Below are positions 39,117-46,944 of a DNA stretch of 64,000 bases, piece by piece. Made by a program: the position numbers and the translations under genes. The notes under the pieces were generated by a model. It saw only the letters and a list, made by a program, of their open reading frames with translations. It ran no database searches and had not been told where the DNA came from. Every line of letters starts with the position of its first letter. Position 1 is the first letter of the stretch. The stretch is from a virus, in IMG/VR virus record IMGVR_UViG_3300017766_005465, positions 54,538-118,537 of that record; one strand, 5' to 3'.

Positions 39117-41804
39117 CTAAAACATCGAGTTGAATACAGGAACTAGGTCCTGGATGGTGACAGACCGACCGTCCTCCTCGTCCTTCTGCTGCGAGACCGT
39201 CTTGGTACTCGAGTCGGCGGACTTCCTGAAGACGCTGTCAATCTCGATAGAGGAGAGCCAGGCATTGGCCACCGGAAGCTCGTAGATGCCGTAATTATAC
39301 CGCATCCAGGCCCAACACCAAGCATGAGCCACCTGGAAGAGCGTAGCGACTTTCTCGGCCTGGTCTTCCGGGCAGAGGTAGAGGATGCTGTCGTGGACCG
39401 ACATGCAGAACTCCGCCTCCAGCTCGTATTTGTCGATGAGCCACTCCATCGCTGTCATGAAGGCGTGGAGCATCGCGCTCCCGGTGGACTGGATGCACCA
39501 GTTGTTACGCATCGTCCAGAAGTCGGTTCCGACACTCGAGGGGCGGAAAGCCGTGGACATCTTGGTGCCACTGAGTGGGTTGATAGGGCAGGGCATGTTA
39601 GCGATCCGGGCCATCTCGTTGTAGGCGTAGGAGTCGGATCCGCCGATGAGGGTCTGGGAGAGCCTGGAGGCTTTCTTGCCCTTCTTGATCTCGATAAGCT
39701 TTCGTCCCCTCTCCATGGCCTCCTTCATCGGGATGCTCTTATTGCCCTTGCGGATGGTATTGGCCAGGGTCTTCGCCCCACACCCGTACAACATACCGTA
39801 ATTACATCCTTTGGCAATGGCCCTGGTAATGCTGATGGCTTTGGCGGTCATCGAGTGCATGTCGGTACCGTCGTCTTTCGACCCCGCAAGAATCGAGTGG
39901 GAGAACTGAGTACTTCCGGCGATCTTGTGGAAGGAGTCGGCGAAGATCGAGGCAACGACCGCTTCCTGAGCGTCAAAGTCCGATTCCACAAACACGTAGC
40001 CCTTAGGCGCCTGGACACGGGTCTTGATCTCGCTACCGATCTTGTCGTACTTGGGGTCGGGGACGGTAAGCCACAGGTTCTCACCGGCTCTGTTGGTGGA
40101 GGTGTTGTGCGGGACGGTGGCGGGGATGATGAGGGAGAACTCCTCGCCCCTAGGGGTCTTCACCACCTCCACGTTCTGCTCCCTCACCCTCGAGCGGACA
40201 CTCGTCCAGTAGGCGACATTGATCGCAAGCTTGATGAGCTCGCGAGCCTGCGCGAGGTCGGAACTTAGCATCCCCGACTCGAAGTCCTCAACGTAGTCCT
40301 TCGTCAGAACACCGCCAACATTCACCCCCTCACCGTCCGTGTGCGGGAGCCGCTCGTAATTACCACTGTCCGGGTCTTTGAAACACCAACCCTTGTCCTT
40401 GAGGAACACGATCGGCTGATTATCCCACTTCAGGCGGAGCAGGAGGTGGGAGATGCGGTTTTTGGTGGAGATGCCCTCGATGTGGGGTTTGCCATCCACC
40501 AAGTCCTTGGAAGATACGCCCCTCACCCACTTGGGCACTCCGTACCACTTCGAGCTGGGTTTTCCAGCCTTGGTGAGTTTGAAGTTGGCGCCCCAGTCGA
40601 GTTGAGAGAGCCACGGATCCCCCTGTATATCCTCGTCGGTCAGTTCGCCCTCATTCCAGGCCTCGTAGACCTCTACGGCCATCTTACTCAGGATCTCCTC
40701 CTGCCGGTCGATGGACCCCCTCCACTGCTTCTCGCAGTTGGAGAACCACTCGTCCCAGTCGGAGACGACGGGAAGTTTGGCGGAGGCGATGCCGAAGTGA
40801 GCGGCCAGGGTGGTAGGGGACGGGTTATTCTGGAGGTACTTGAGCACGACAATCGAGTACAACTCGAAGGTGATCTTTACGTCCTTCAGGGCGTACTCGA
40901 TAAGCTCGTCGCGCAGGGGCACAAAGTCGTCCATGGATGAGGAGTCCACGAACACATTCCTGATCTCCTTGTCCTCGTGCTCCAGTGGGATGGCCGGCCG
41001 GCAGTGGAAGTTGTAGCAGTCGACAAGGTTATTCATCGAGCCCTTATCCGCCCATACCGGATCGGCTTTGTACATCACCTTCTTTGCCTGCTTCTGAACA
41101 TACCACCATCGTTGGCCCGAGGCGAGGCCGGAAACGTTGATGTGGGCGGACATCGTGTCAAACCACGAGTTGGTCTTTCCGAGGACGTAGGATTCCTGCG
41201 TCCGAGGGCGGTCGTAGGCTACGTTGTGAGCGATGAACACTCCGTCCTTGCGGCCCAGCGGCACAAGCTTCGGCTCGTACGGCACTCTGGAATCCACAAA
41301 GCTCTCGTGCATCCAGACGTAGTAGGCTTTATCGGTAACGGCGGTGGCGAGGATCGGGTGGGAGAAGTCGCTGCCCTTGACGAAGGTCTCGCAGTCGAAT
41401 ACGCCGATCCTCTCTTCGATTCCGGAGACACGCCGGGCGGGACCATCGAACGGGTACTTAACCCACCCGCTCGCTAGGAAGAACTTTGTCCGGTCCGGGT
41501 AATCGGGGATGTCGGTGTAGGCGAAGTCCTTCATCAACCTCACGCGGTCCGAAGTCACCTCCTTGGAGATGCGGTCGAAATGCCCGTGGATGGTGGAGTC
41601 GCGCAACTCGGGCAGTTTGAAGTCATCGATGAAGAAACTAGAGGGGTTCTTGACAGGAAAGTCCACACCGAACCGCTCCATCTCCTCCTTAACTTCGGAG
41701 ATCTTTCTGGTCTTGGGGCGCTTAGCTTTGATGCCTTCGCCAAACACCCTGGAGTTCATCGAGTCGGAGAGGACGGCGTAACCGAGGGAATTGAGCTTGG
41801 ACAT
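39117..41804 (-). CDS. Family A DNA polymerase, mitochondrial Pol gamma-like
   Basis: Exo motifs FDCE, HNVAYDR, DTMSAH..VSGL.S.QR and YALKDV; polymerase motifs SDFDAQE, TDMHS.TA...R..AK..NYG.LYG.G, NW.IQS and SVHD match POLG/Mip1 signatures. Confidence 0.92.
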   Translation of the reverse strand: MSKLNSLGYAVLSDSMNSRVFGEGIKAKRPKTRKISEVKEEMERFGVDFPVKNPSSFFIDDFKLPELRDSTIHGHFDRISKEVTSDRVRLMKDFAYTDIPDYPDRTKFFLASGWVKYPFDGPARRVSGIEERIGVFDCETFVKGSDFSHPILATAVTDKAYYVWMHESFVDSRVPYEPKLVPLGRKDGVFIAHNVAYDRPRTQESYVLGKTNSWFDTMSAHINVSGLASGQRWWYVQKQAKKVMYKADPVWADKGSMNNLVDCYNFHCRPAIPLEHEDKEIRNVFVDSSSMDDFVPLRDELIEYALKDVKITFELYSIVVLKYLQNNPSPTTLAAHFGIASAKLPVVSDWDEWFSNCEKQWRGSIDRQEEILSKMAVEVYEAWNEGELTDEDIQGDPWLSQLDWGANFKLTKAGKPSSKWYGVPKWVRGVSSKDLVDGKPHIEGISTKNRISHLLLRLKWDNQPIVFLKDKGWCFKDPDSGNYERLPHTDGEGVNVGGVLTKDYVEDFESGMLSSDLAQARELIKLAINVAYWTSVRSRVREQNVEVVKTPRGEEFSLIIPATVPHNTSTNRAGENLWLTVPDPKYDKIGSEIKTRVQAPKGYVFVESDFDAQEAVVASIFADSFHKIAGSTQFSHSILAGSKDDGTDMHSMTAKAISITRAIAKGCNYGMLYGCGAKTLANTIRKGNKSIPMKEAMERGRKLIEIKKGKKASRLSQTLIGGSDSYAYNEMARIANMPCPINPLSGTKMSTAFRPSSVGTDFWTMRNNWCIQSTGSAMLHAFMTAMEWLIDKYELEAEFCMSVHDSILYLCPEDQAEKVATLFQVAHAWCWAWMRYNYGIYELPVANAWLSSIEIDSVFRKSADSSTKTVSQQKDEEDGRSVTIQDLVPVFNSMF

Positions 41805-41888
41805 ATACCACCGAGTAGATACTGCTATCTTATCATGGAAACGGGCCTTGGGTCAAGGCCTTAGCCACCTAGTCGTCCGTCCACCGAC

Positions 41889-42536
41889 TCAGTAGTAGAT
41901 GAGAAACTCGTCCCGGTCGGTGTAGTACGCCCCAACCCCCTCGAAGTTTGTGGCGTCTATGATGCGGAGATTCTTCCTGAAGTAGGGGTACCCGTAGTGC
42001 CCGAAGAAATACTTAGCGTCATCGCGGATGTGGTCCTCGAGCGGGTCATTTCTGAACCATGGGTAGCCGATGCCCGTGAGTACGTTGTTCCTGGTGGAGT
42101 CGTCGTAATCAGGATCGTAGTAAGCGTGAGCGCAGCGGTAGATCTGGCCCTCCGCCTCGAATTCCAGAGTGAGGGGCGTTACGAGGAGCCAGGGGAGGAG
42201 CTCAAGCTGGGTCTTTAGAGGTAGGCTTTTCACCAACTCAAGGGTGTACCTGACTTCCCTCTGCTTGATCTGGGGCTTGGGTAGCGCGAGGTTTTTCAGG
42301 ATGTAGTTCTCGTTGTTTCCGATTATCAGCGTTGCCTTGCCCTGGTCCACGAGGTTTTTGACCTTCAGCAACATCTTCACCGGGGACGTACGCTTAGACC
42401 TCCGGAAGAATGACTTGTGGTGGATGACGTCGCCTAGGAACACGTAGTGGTAGTCCGGGGATTTCTGCAGGATGCGGTCGAGGGTGTCAATACGGCCGTG
42501 CAGATCACCGATCAAGCAGTATCTCTCAGTACTCAC
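41889..42536 (-). CDS. Calcineurin-like metallophosphoesterase (Ser/Thr phosphatase family)
   Basis: IGDLHG, FLGD, GNNE and FFGH motifs. Confidence 0.85.
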   Translation of the reverse strand: MSTERYCLIGDLHGRIDTLDRILQKSPDYHYVFLGDVIHHKSFFRRSKRTSPVKMLLKVKNLVDQGKATLIIGNNENYILKNLALPKPQIKQREVRYTLELVKSLPLKTQLELLPWLLVTPLTLEFEAEGQIYRCAHAYYDPDYDDSTRNNVLTGIGYPWFRNDPLEDHIRDDAKYFFGHYGYPYFRKNLRIIDATNFEGVGAYYTDRDEFLIYY

Positions 42537-43092
42537 CTCTGGCCTCCAGGCAGCAGCCAGGTGCCCACCAGTCCGGGGCAGGGACTTTTGCCCACTTGGC
42601 AAATCTCCACTTCGTCCAGTTGTAGTAATTGCGGTAGGCTTGGATGGGATCCTCGTAGACTCTGCAGAAGGAGGGCATCGCTTGCACGGGGTCAGTAAGA
42701 CCTCGGTGGGGATAGACGTTCTCGACCATCAGCTTTGACACAGTGCCATTTATCGTGTTACCTTCTGTGCCGTAGTAAAAAGACAGAAGACTTGTCAATC
42801 CGGCGTGCTCCTTGCCAAATCTTTTGCGAAACTCAGCGCATAGGTGGTATGTCATTTCAAACAACCACATAAAATTACCCGTGGACTCCTTGACCCACTT
42901 CGTGCACGGGTGGTTCTTATACGCCCTGGTGGAGTAGTAATTGCCGTCCTTCTTCTTCGCTGGGAGGTAACCGTAATGCACCGCGGCAACACTCATCATC
43001 TGAAGATACTCGATAATCATCTTGTTGACGTGCTTATCGCAGTGAGCCGCTGCGCACTCTCTCGTGTTGGCGGAAAGGAAAAAGATGTTCAT
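42526..43092 (-). CDS. Pyrimidine-dimer DNA glycosylase / DenV-related family protein
   Basis: MNIF.L.......A..HCDKHV.KM..E..Q, NHPC.KW and QAMP...AYR.YY motifs. Confidence 0.75.
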   Translation of the reverse strand: MNIFFLSANTRECAAAHCDKHVNKMIIEYLQMMSVAAVHYGYLPAKKKDGNYYSTRAYKNHPCTKWVKESTGNFMWLFEMTYHLCAEFRKRFGKEHAGLTSLLSFYYGTEGNTINGTVSKLMVENVYPHRGLTDPVQAMPSFCRVYEDPIQAYRNYYNWTKWRFAKWAKVPAPDWWAPGCCLEARGEY

Positions 43093-43162
43093 ACTAAAAA
43101 ACCTCCCTGGATAGTCTGATTCTATCACAGAGAAGGGGAGGGAGTGGGGTGGTAGTGGACGG

Positions 43163-43312
43163 TTAGACGTCGTACTCCCGGCACTCAAGAGCGCTGGGGT
43201 TCTTCCTGCAGTACTCCTCTAGCGAGAGGATAGGAGCCCCGGTGCTCTGATCGATGGGTAGAGTGAAGTCCTCGGAGGACTCTACGTTGTCGGAGAAGGT
43301 TACGTGTTCCAT
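43163..43312 (-). CDS. cp12: Minimal CP12-like protein
   Basis: C-terminus LEEYCRKNPSALECREYDV matches the CP12 C-terminal Cys-pair motif. Confidence 0.75.
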   Translation of the reverse strand: MEHVTFSDNVESSEDFTLPIDQSTGAPILSLEEYCRKNPSALECREYDV

Positions 43313-43327
43313 TGCTGTGGTGTGATA

Positions 43328-43389
<62 letters not shown>

Positions 43390-43399
<10 letters not shown>

Positions 43400-43515
43400 T
43401 CTTCGGGCTCGTCCTCGTAGCTACTAGGTTCCTCGAAGAGCTCGCGCAACTTGAGTCTGTTAGCCAGTTCTAGTAACTGCGAGAAATCCTCTTCCTTGGT
43501 TAGTTGTTCAGCCAT
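43390..43515 (-). CDS. 41-aa acidic hypothetical protein (MAEQLTKEED...LRELFEEPSSYEDE)
   Basis: GTTTAAAG 7 nt upstream of the ATG; stop overlaps the 5' end of tRNA-Val. Confidence 0.5.
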
Positions 43516-43537
43516 CGGAAAGCTTTAAACTGTTTTA

Positions 43538-43621
43538 TGCGCGAGAGAGGACTTGAACCTCCACGGGGTTGCCCCCACGGGTGCCTAAAACCCGGGCGTC
43601 TACCAATTCCGCCACTTGCGC
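43538..43621 (-). tRNA. tRNA-Leu(TAG)
   Basis: CGGGT-TTTAGGC-ACCCG with long variable arm. Confidence 0.92.
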
Positions 43622-43625
43622 GAGG

Positions 43626-43698
43626 TGCTCGATGCGAGGATCGAACTCGCCTATATCCGATTATGAGTCGGGTGCTTTCACCAGATAGCTAATCGAGC
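43626..43698 (-). tRNA. tRNA with CAT anticodon (Ile2 or elongator Met)
   Basis: CCGA-CTCATAA-TCGG; resembles Ile2-type anticodon arms; not an initiator. Confidence 0.88.
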
Positions 43699-43701
43699 GA
43701 G

Positions 43702-43773
43702 TAGGACCGCGGAGACTCGGACTCCGTTCACTCCGTTATAAGCAGAGGGCCTTAACCCATAGGCGACGGTCCC
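43702..43773 (-). tRNA. tRNA-Ile(TAT)
   Basis: CTCTG-CTTATAA-CGGAG; atypical T-loop TCCGAGT. Confidence 0.8.
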
Positions 43774-43778
43774 AAAAC

Positions 43779-43913
43779 TCACCGACCGTGTCTCCGGTGT
43801 ATGTACATTATACCATATGTTGGGACAACAATCAATAGGAGGCTTAGCGTACCGGCTATCTGAAGGTCATAGGTACGCAATGTCTCGCGAATCGACAGGA
43901 ATAAATGATCCAT
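43779..43913 (-). CDS. 44-aa small membrane protein
   Basis: MDHLFLSIRETLRTYDLQIAGTLSLLLIVVPTYGIMYIHRRHGR; one hydrophobic helix; TATAAT upstream. Confidence 0.45.
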   Translation of the reverse strand: MDHLFLSIRETLRTYDLQIAGTLSLLLIVVPTYGIMYIHRRHGR

Positions 43914-44024
43914 CGGTGGTTCTGACAATAAATACGGCGTAGTACCCCGGAAAGTCCGCCGATACCCCTTGTATTATACCCGTTCTCCAAAGTTTGTGGT
44001 AGGTAAAGCCTACGCGTCTCCCTC

Positions 44025-44477
44025 TCATTTGCCGCCGGAGTGGACGGATGGTAGGTTGGGGAACACGGACTCTAGGACGTTAACCTGGCCCACCAGCACC
44101 CCCACAACAAGCAGGGCCCCACCTAACAACCACTTGAATCTCGATAAGTCGTCTATGCGAGAGCCCAGTACCTTCACCTCCTTATCCACCTTCGTATCGA
44201 GGTCACTTATCTCGTCGGTGGTGGACTTTATCTCCCGGGCGTGATTGGACTTTAGCTCATCGAGGAGCTTTATTATCGCTGTGTCTGACTGTATGCTCTG
44301 GTCCAGGCGTTCCTCGTGTCTTACGAGGATCTTCGCCACGTTCTGATTGGCTTCTGAGATCTTGTCTACGGCCGTCTCGAGTTTGGAAAGCATCTCTCTG
44401 GAGAGATCCTCGTAGACGTTTAGTTTTTCCTCTAGAACGGCGAGTCTTACGTTTGAGGAGCCAAATAAGTTAGCCAT
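44025..44477 (-). CDS. Coiled-coil protein with C-terminal transmembrane helix
   Basis: LEEKL..YE.LS..ML.KLE.AV.KI...L..HEERL then WLLGGALLVVGVLV; GTTTAAAG at 44520-44527. Confidence 0.7.
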   Translation of the reverse strand: MANLFGSSNVRLAVLEEKLNVYEDLSREMLSKLETAVDKISEANQNVAKILVRHEERLDQSIQSDTAIIKLLDELKSNHAREIKSTTDEISDLDTKVDKEVKVLGSRIDDLSRFKWLLGGALLVVGVLVGQVNVLESVFPNLPSVHSGGK

Positions 44478-44529
44478 ACGGGATCGGATATGCGTAACGA
44501 ATCGTACTACCAGTTATTACTTTAAACAA

Positions 44530-44603
44530 AGCCCCCTGTCGGACTCGAACCGACGACCTACGGTTTACAAAACCGGTGCTCTATCCAGCTGAGCTAAGGA
44601 GGC
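44530..44603 (-). tRNA. tRNA-Thr(TGT)
   Basis: CGGT-TTTGTAA-ACCG; cloverleaf. Confidence 0.92.
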
Positions 44604-44645
44604 GTATGGGTGGGGGGAGGAGCCTTACGCTCCTCCCGGACAGGA

Positions 44646-45068
44646 TCAGGACTCGGACGCGCCTACAAAGGCCGTTGTGAAACCCTCAGCGGCCGCGTCG
44701 GCTACCAGGCGATCGTTCTCCACGCTGGAGCCGGAGACACCCACGGCGCCCAGAATGGAGCCGTCGGGAGCGGTCAGAGGAAGCCCACCAGGGAAGGTGA
44801 TCAGGCCACCATTGGAGTGCTCGATATTGTACAGGGTACCGCCAGGCTGCGAGAGCTTGCCGATCTCCTCGGTCGGCATGTCGAAGTAGGTCGCGGTGCG
44901 GGCCTTCTTGATCGAGATGTCCACGCTTCCGACCCATGCCCCGTCCTCGCGCGCGAAAGCCACAAGGTTCCCGCCACGGTCCACCACCGCGATATTCATC
45001 TTGGTTTCCAGCTCGGTGCTTTTTCTGAGGCCGGCGTTTACGGCTTGGATTGCTGCGGCGAAATACAT
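44646..45068 (-). CDS. GlcG/HbpS-family haem-binding protein
   Basis: IAVVD.GG.L.AF.R.DGA...S.DI...KA.TA and GGLP....G..LGAVGVSG...E.D motifs. Confidence 0.88.
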   Translation of the reverse strand: MYFAAAIQAVNAGLRKSTELETKMNIAVVDRGGNLVAFAREDGAWVGSVDISIKKARTATYFDMPTEEIGKLSQPGGTLYNIEHSNGGLITFPGGLPLTAPDGSILGAVGVSGSSVENDRLVADAAAEGFTTAFVGASES

Positions 45069-45120
45069 AGTTTGTTAGTCGGTTTGGAATGATTATACCA
45101 CGTAGTGGGTGGTAAATCAA

Positions 45121-45210
45121 CGGAAGATGTTGGATTTGAACCAACGGAGCCGGGTGTACCGACTCGGCGGTTTAGCAAACCGCTGCCTTAAGCCTCTCAG
45201 CCAATCTTCC
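45121..45210 (-). tRNA. tRNA-Ser(GCT)
   Basis: GCGGT-TTGCTAA-ACCGC with long variable arm. Confidence 0.93.
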
Positions 45211-45228
45211 ATTTTGCCTTTCGGCAAG

Positions 45229-45302
45229 CGCTCTCTGAGAGATTTGAACTCCCGACACCCTGGTCCGTAGCCAGGTGCTCTAGTCCGCTGAGCTAAGAGA
45301 GC
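45229..45302 (-). tRNA. tRNA-Arg(ACG)
   Basis: CCTGG-CTACGGA-CCAGG. Confidence 0.92.
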
Positions 45303-45303
45303 A

Positions 45304-45377
45304 TGGCACCGAAACAAGGACTTGAACCTTGGATAACAGTTTTGGAGACTGTCGTGTTACCACTACACTATTTCGGT
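45304..45377 (-). tRNA. tRNA-Trp(CCA)
   Basis: ACAGT-CTCCAAA-ACTGT; CCA end encoded. Confidence 0.92.
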
Positions 45378-45394
45378 ATGTTGCCCGAAGGCGA

Positions 45395-45467
45395 TTGGAA
45401 CGACGAGGTTTGAACTCGTGACCTCACGATTATCGGTCGTGTGCTCTACCAGCTGAGCTACGTTCCA
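45395..45467 (-). tRNA. tRNA-Ile(GAT)
   Basis: CACGA-CCGATAA-TCGTG (C at position 33). Confidence 0.88.
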
Positions 45468-45471
45468 TTGT

Positions 45472-45525
45472 GTGAAAAGCAGATGCAAATGCAGATTTAA
45501 AATCTGCGGACTTCGTGCTTTTCAC
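45472..45525 (-). ncRNA. Armless tRNA-like hairpin candidate
   Basis: GTGAAAAGC/GCTTTTCAC stem enclosing GCAGA-TTTTAAA-TCTGC. Confidence 0.35.
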
Positions 45526-45586
45526 TTTTTCAAACAGGTTTTCTTATGCTTACCCTAAAAACCTATTATAAAATAGGTAAGCAAAG

Positions 45587-45661
45587 TGGGAACGGCGGGA
45601 CTCGAACCCGCAACACCATGCTTTTCAAACATGTGCTCTACGCAATTGGAGCTACGTTCCC
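45587..45661 (-). tRNA. tRNA-Phe(GAA)
   Basis: CATGT-TTGAAAA-GCATG. Confidence 0.88.
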
Positions 45662-45738
<77 letters not shown>

Positions 45739-45741
45739 ATA

Positions 45742-45814
45742 TACGCCGTGCGGGAATCGAACCCGCTATCCAACTCCCTTGTCGGGGTGTCATTACCATT
45801 TAGACTACCGGCGT
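45742..45814 (-). tRNA. tRNA-like gene with irregular anticodon arm (pseudo-tRNA, undetermined)
   Basis: Acceptor stem (6 of 7 pairs), D arm and T arm GCGGG-TTCGATT-CCCGC are present; anticodon region CCCCGACAAGGGAGTTG cannot form the 5+7+5 arm. Confidence 0.6.
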
Positions 45815-45933
45815 GGGCGTGGGCGAGGGTATCCACCTACGGAAACGGGAACCGTTTCTCTACGATGTGGCTTAGGGGACCCTTCGTTTAAGCCTCCGTT
45901 CCTTGGAGGCCCCGAACCCCCGCGAGGGGGGCA

Positions 45934-46006
45934 TGGAGAGTAGGAGGCTCGAACTCCTGACAGCCTGCTTGCAAAGCAGGTGCTCTACCAGCTGAGCTAA
46001 CTCCCC
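45934..46006 (-). tRNA. tRNA-Ala(TGC)
   Basis: CCTGC-TTTGCAA-GCAGG; G3-U70 pair present. Confidence 0.93.
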
Positions 46007-46074
46007 TGGCGGCCCTTTTGTTAAAGCGGTAGAGCCGAACCGCATCAATGGAGAACGTTTGGACCGTTCTCGAG

Positions 46075-46146
46075 TCGGGGTGAGAGGGATCGAACCTCCG
46101 ACATCCTGCTCCCAAAGCAGGCGCGCTACCGCTGCGCTACACCCCG
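46075..46146 (-). tRNA. tRNA-Pro(TGG)
   Basis: CCTGC-TTTGGGA-GCAGG. Confidence 0.93.
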
Positions 46147-46872
46147 TGATGGCCCCATTTAACACGTGAAACGTTTCAAGAACGCACAGAGGTGGGGGCT
46201 CGTGGCTTCCAGCAGGGCTCGCATATTGGCCGGTAAGAGTGTTTCATCCAGCAGCACCAATGGCAAGACAGCCCTCAAGGAAGCACCACACATTAACGAC
46301 TGTATGAGTGGCCGTGTCGGGAACTTAACGACGTATTCCATACGACTCCGGTGTCTAGAACGGAGGGTGCTTCGTTCTCCCTTGAGCGATCCGAAGAACG
46401 CGGGACGGTGAGGCAAACCGCAGCCCGATGCTACGCCCGGACATTTCCGGACCACGCAGAGCGGGAACGAGGCAGGTGCGGTATCCCCGGCCACAGTTAG
46501 AGACTGCTAGCAAGTACCCGAGACGTCGATGACACGTGCCGGTGTACGCCGGTGCCCATGCTCCTTTTGCTTTCCTTACCTCGGCAGGGTGCCGCTACCT
46601 CCCTTGTTGCGGCGAGTGTGTACGTTTTGTTTACTGGGTACGTTACTAGACCCAGGATACTGCTTACTGTACCCGCATCAAGTCGTGAGTGTCGTTAACG
46701 CTTGAGCATGGAATGGGAGTTCACCCATTCGTAACTTATTTGGGAGCCTGAACTATGACTCTTACAGGCAGTTTGGCATTTTTCTCGCTCCCGGACTACG
46801 CAAACTGCCAAATGGCATCCGGGCACAAGCCTACTTCCCCCTCGTCTAGTAGGCGTCGCATGGACGAGGGAA
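46147..46872 (-). ncRNA. Large structured non-coding RNA candidate (~725 nt)
   Basis: Bounded exactly by tRNA-Asn and tRNA-Pro; no credible ORF; many 6-9 bp helices, two tandem pseudoknots and long-range complementarities. Confidence 0.65.
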
Positions 46873-46944
46873 CTGGCCCGGCAGGGATCGAACCTGCGAC
46901 AACTTGATTAACAGTCAAGCGTTCTACCTCTGAACTACAGGCCA
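46873..46944 (-). tRNA. tRNA-Asn(GTT)
   Basis: CTTGA-CTGTTAA-TCAAG. Confidence 0.93.

Noticed and set aside
39324-41864. Long antisense ORFs opposite the polymerase (also opposite portal, kinase and topoisomerase)
   Set aside because: They are expected shadows of GC3-rich coding strands and carry no motifs.
46590-46640. tmRNA interpretation of the giant RNA (a minus-strand frame reads VNKTYTLAA, resembling a proteolysis tag, and pseudoknots are present)
   Set aside because: No stop follows LAA, no tRNA-Ala-like domain with a T-arm and CCA is present at either end, and the region is about twice tmRNA length.
46147-46872. RNase P RNA or group I intron as the identity of the spacer
   Set aside because: The GAGGAAAGUCC core is absent, I found no ordered R/S (P7) pair, and the flanking tRNAs are each complete. 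A covariance-model search is still advisable.
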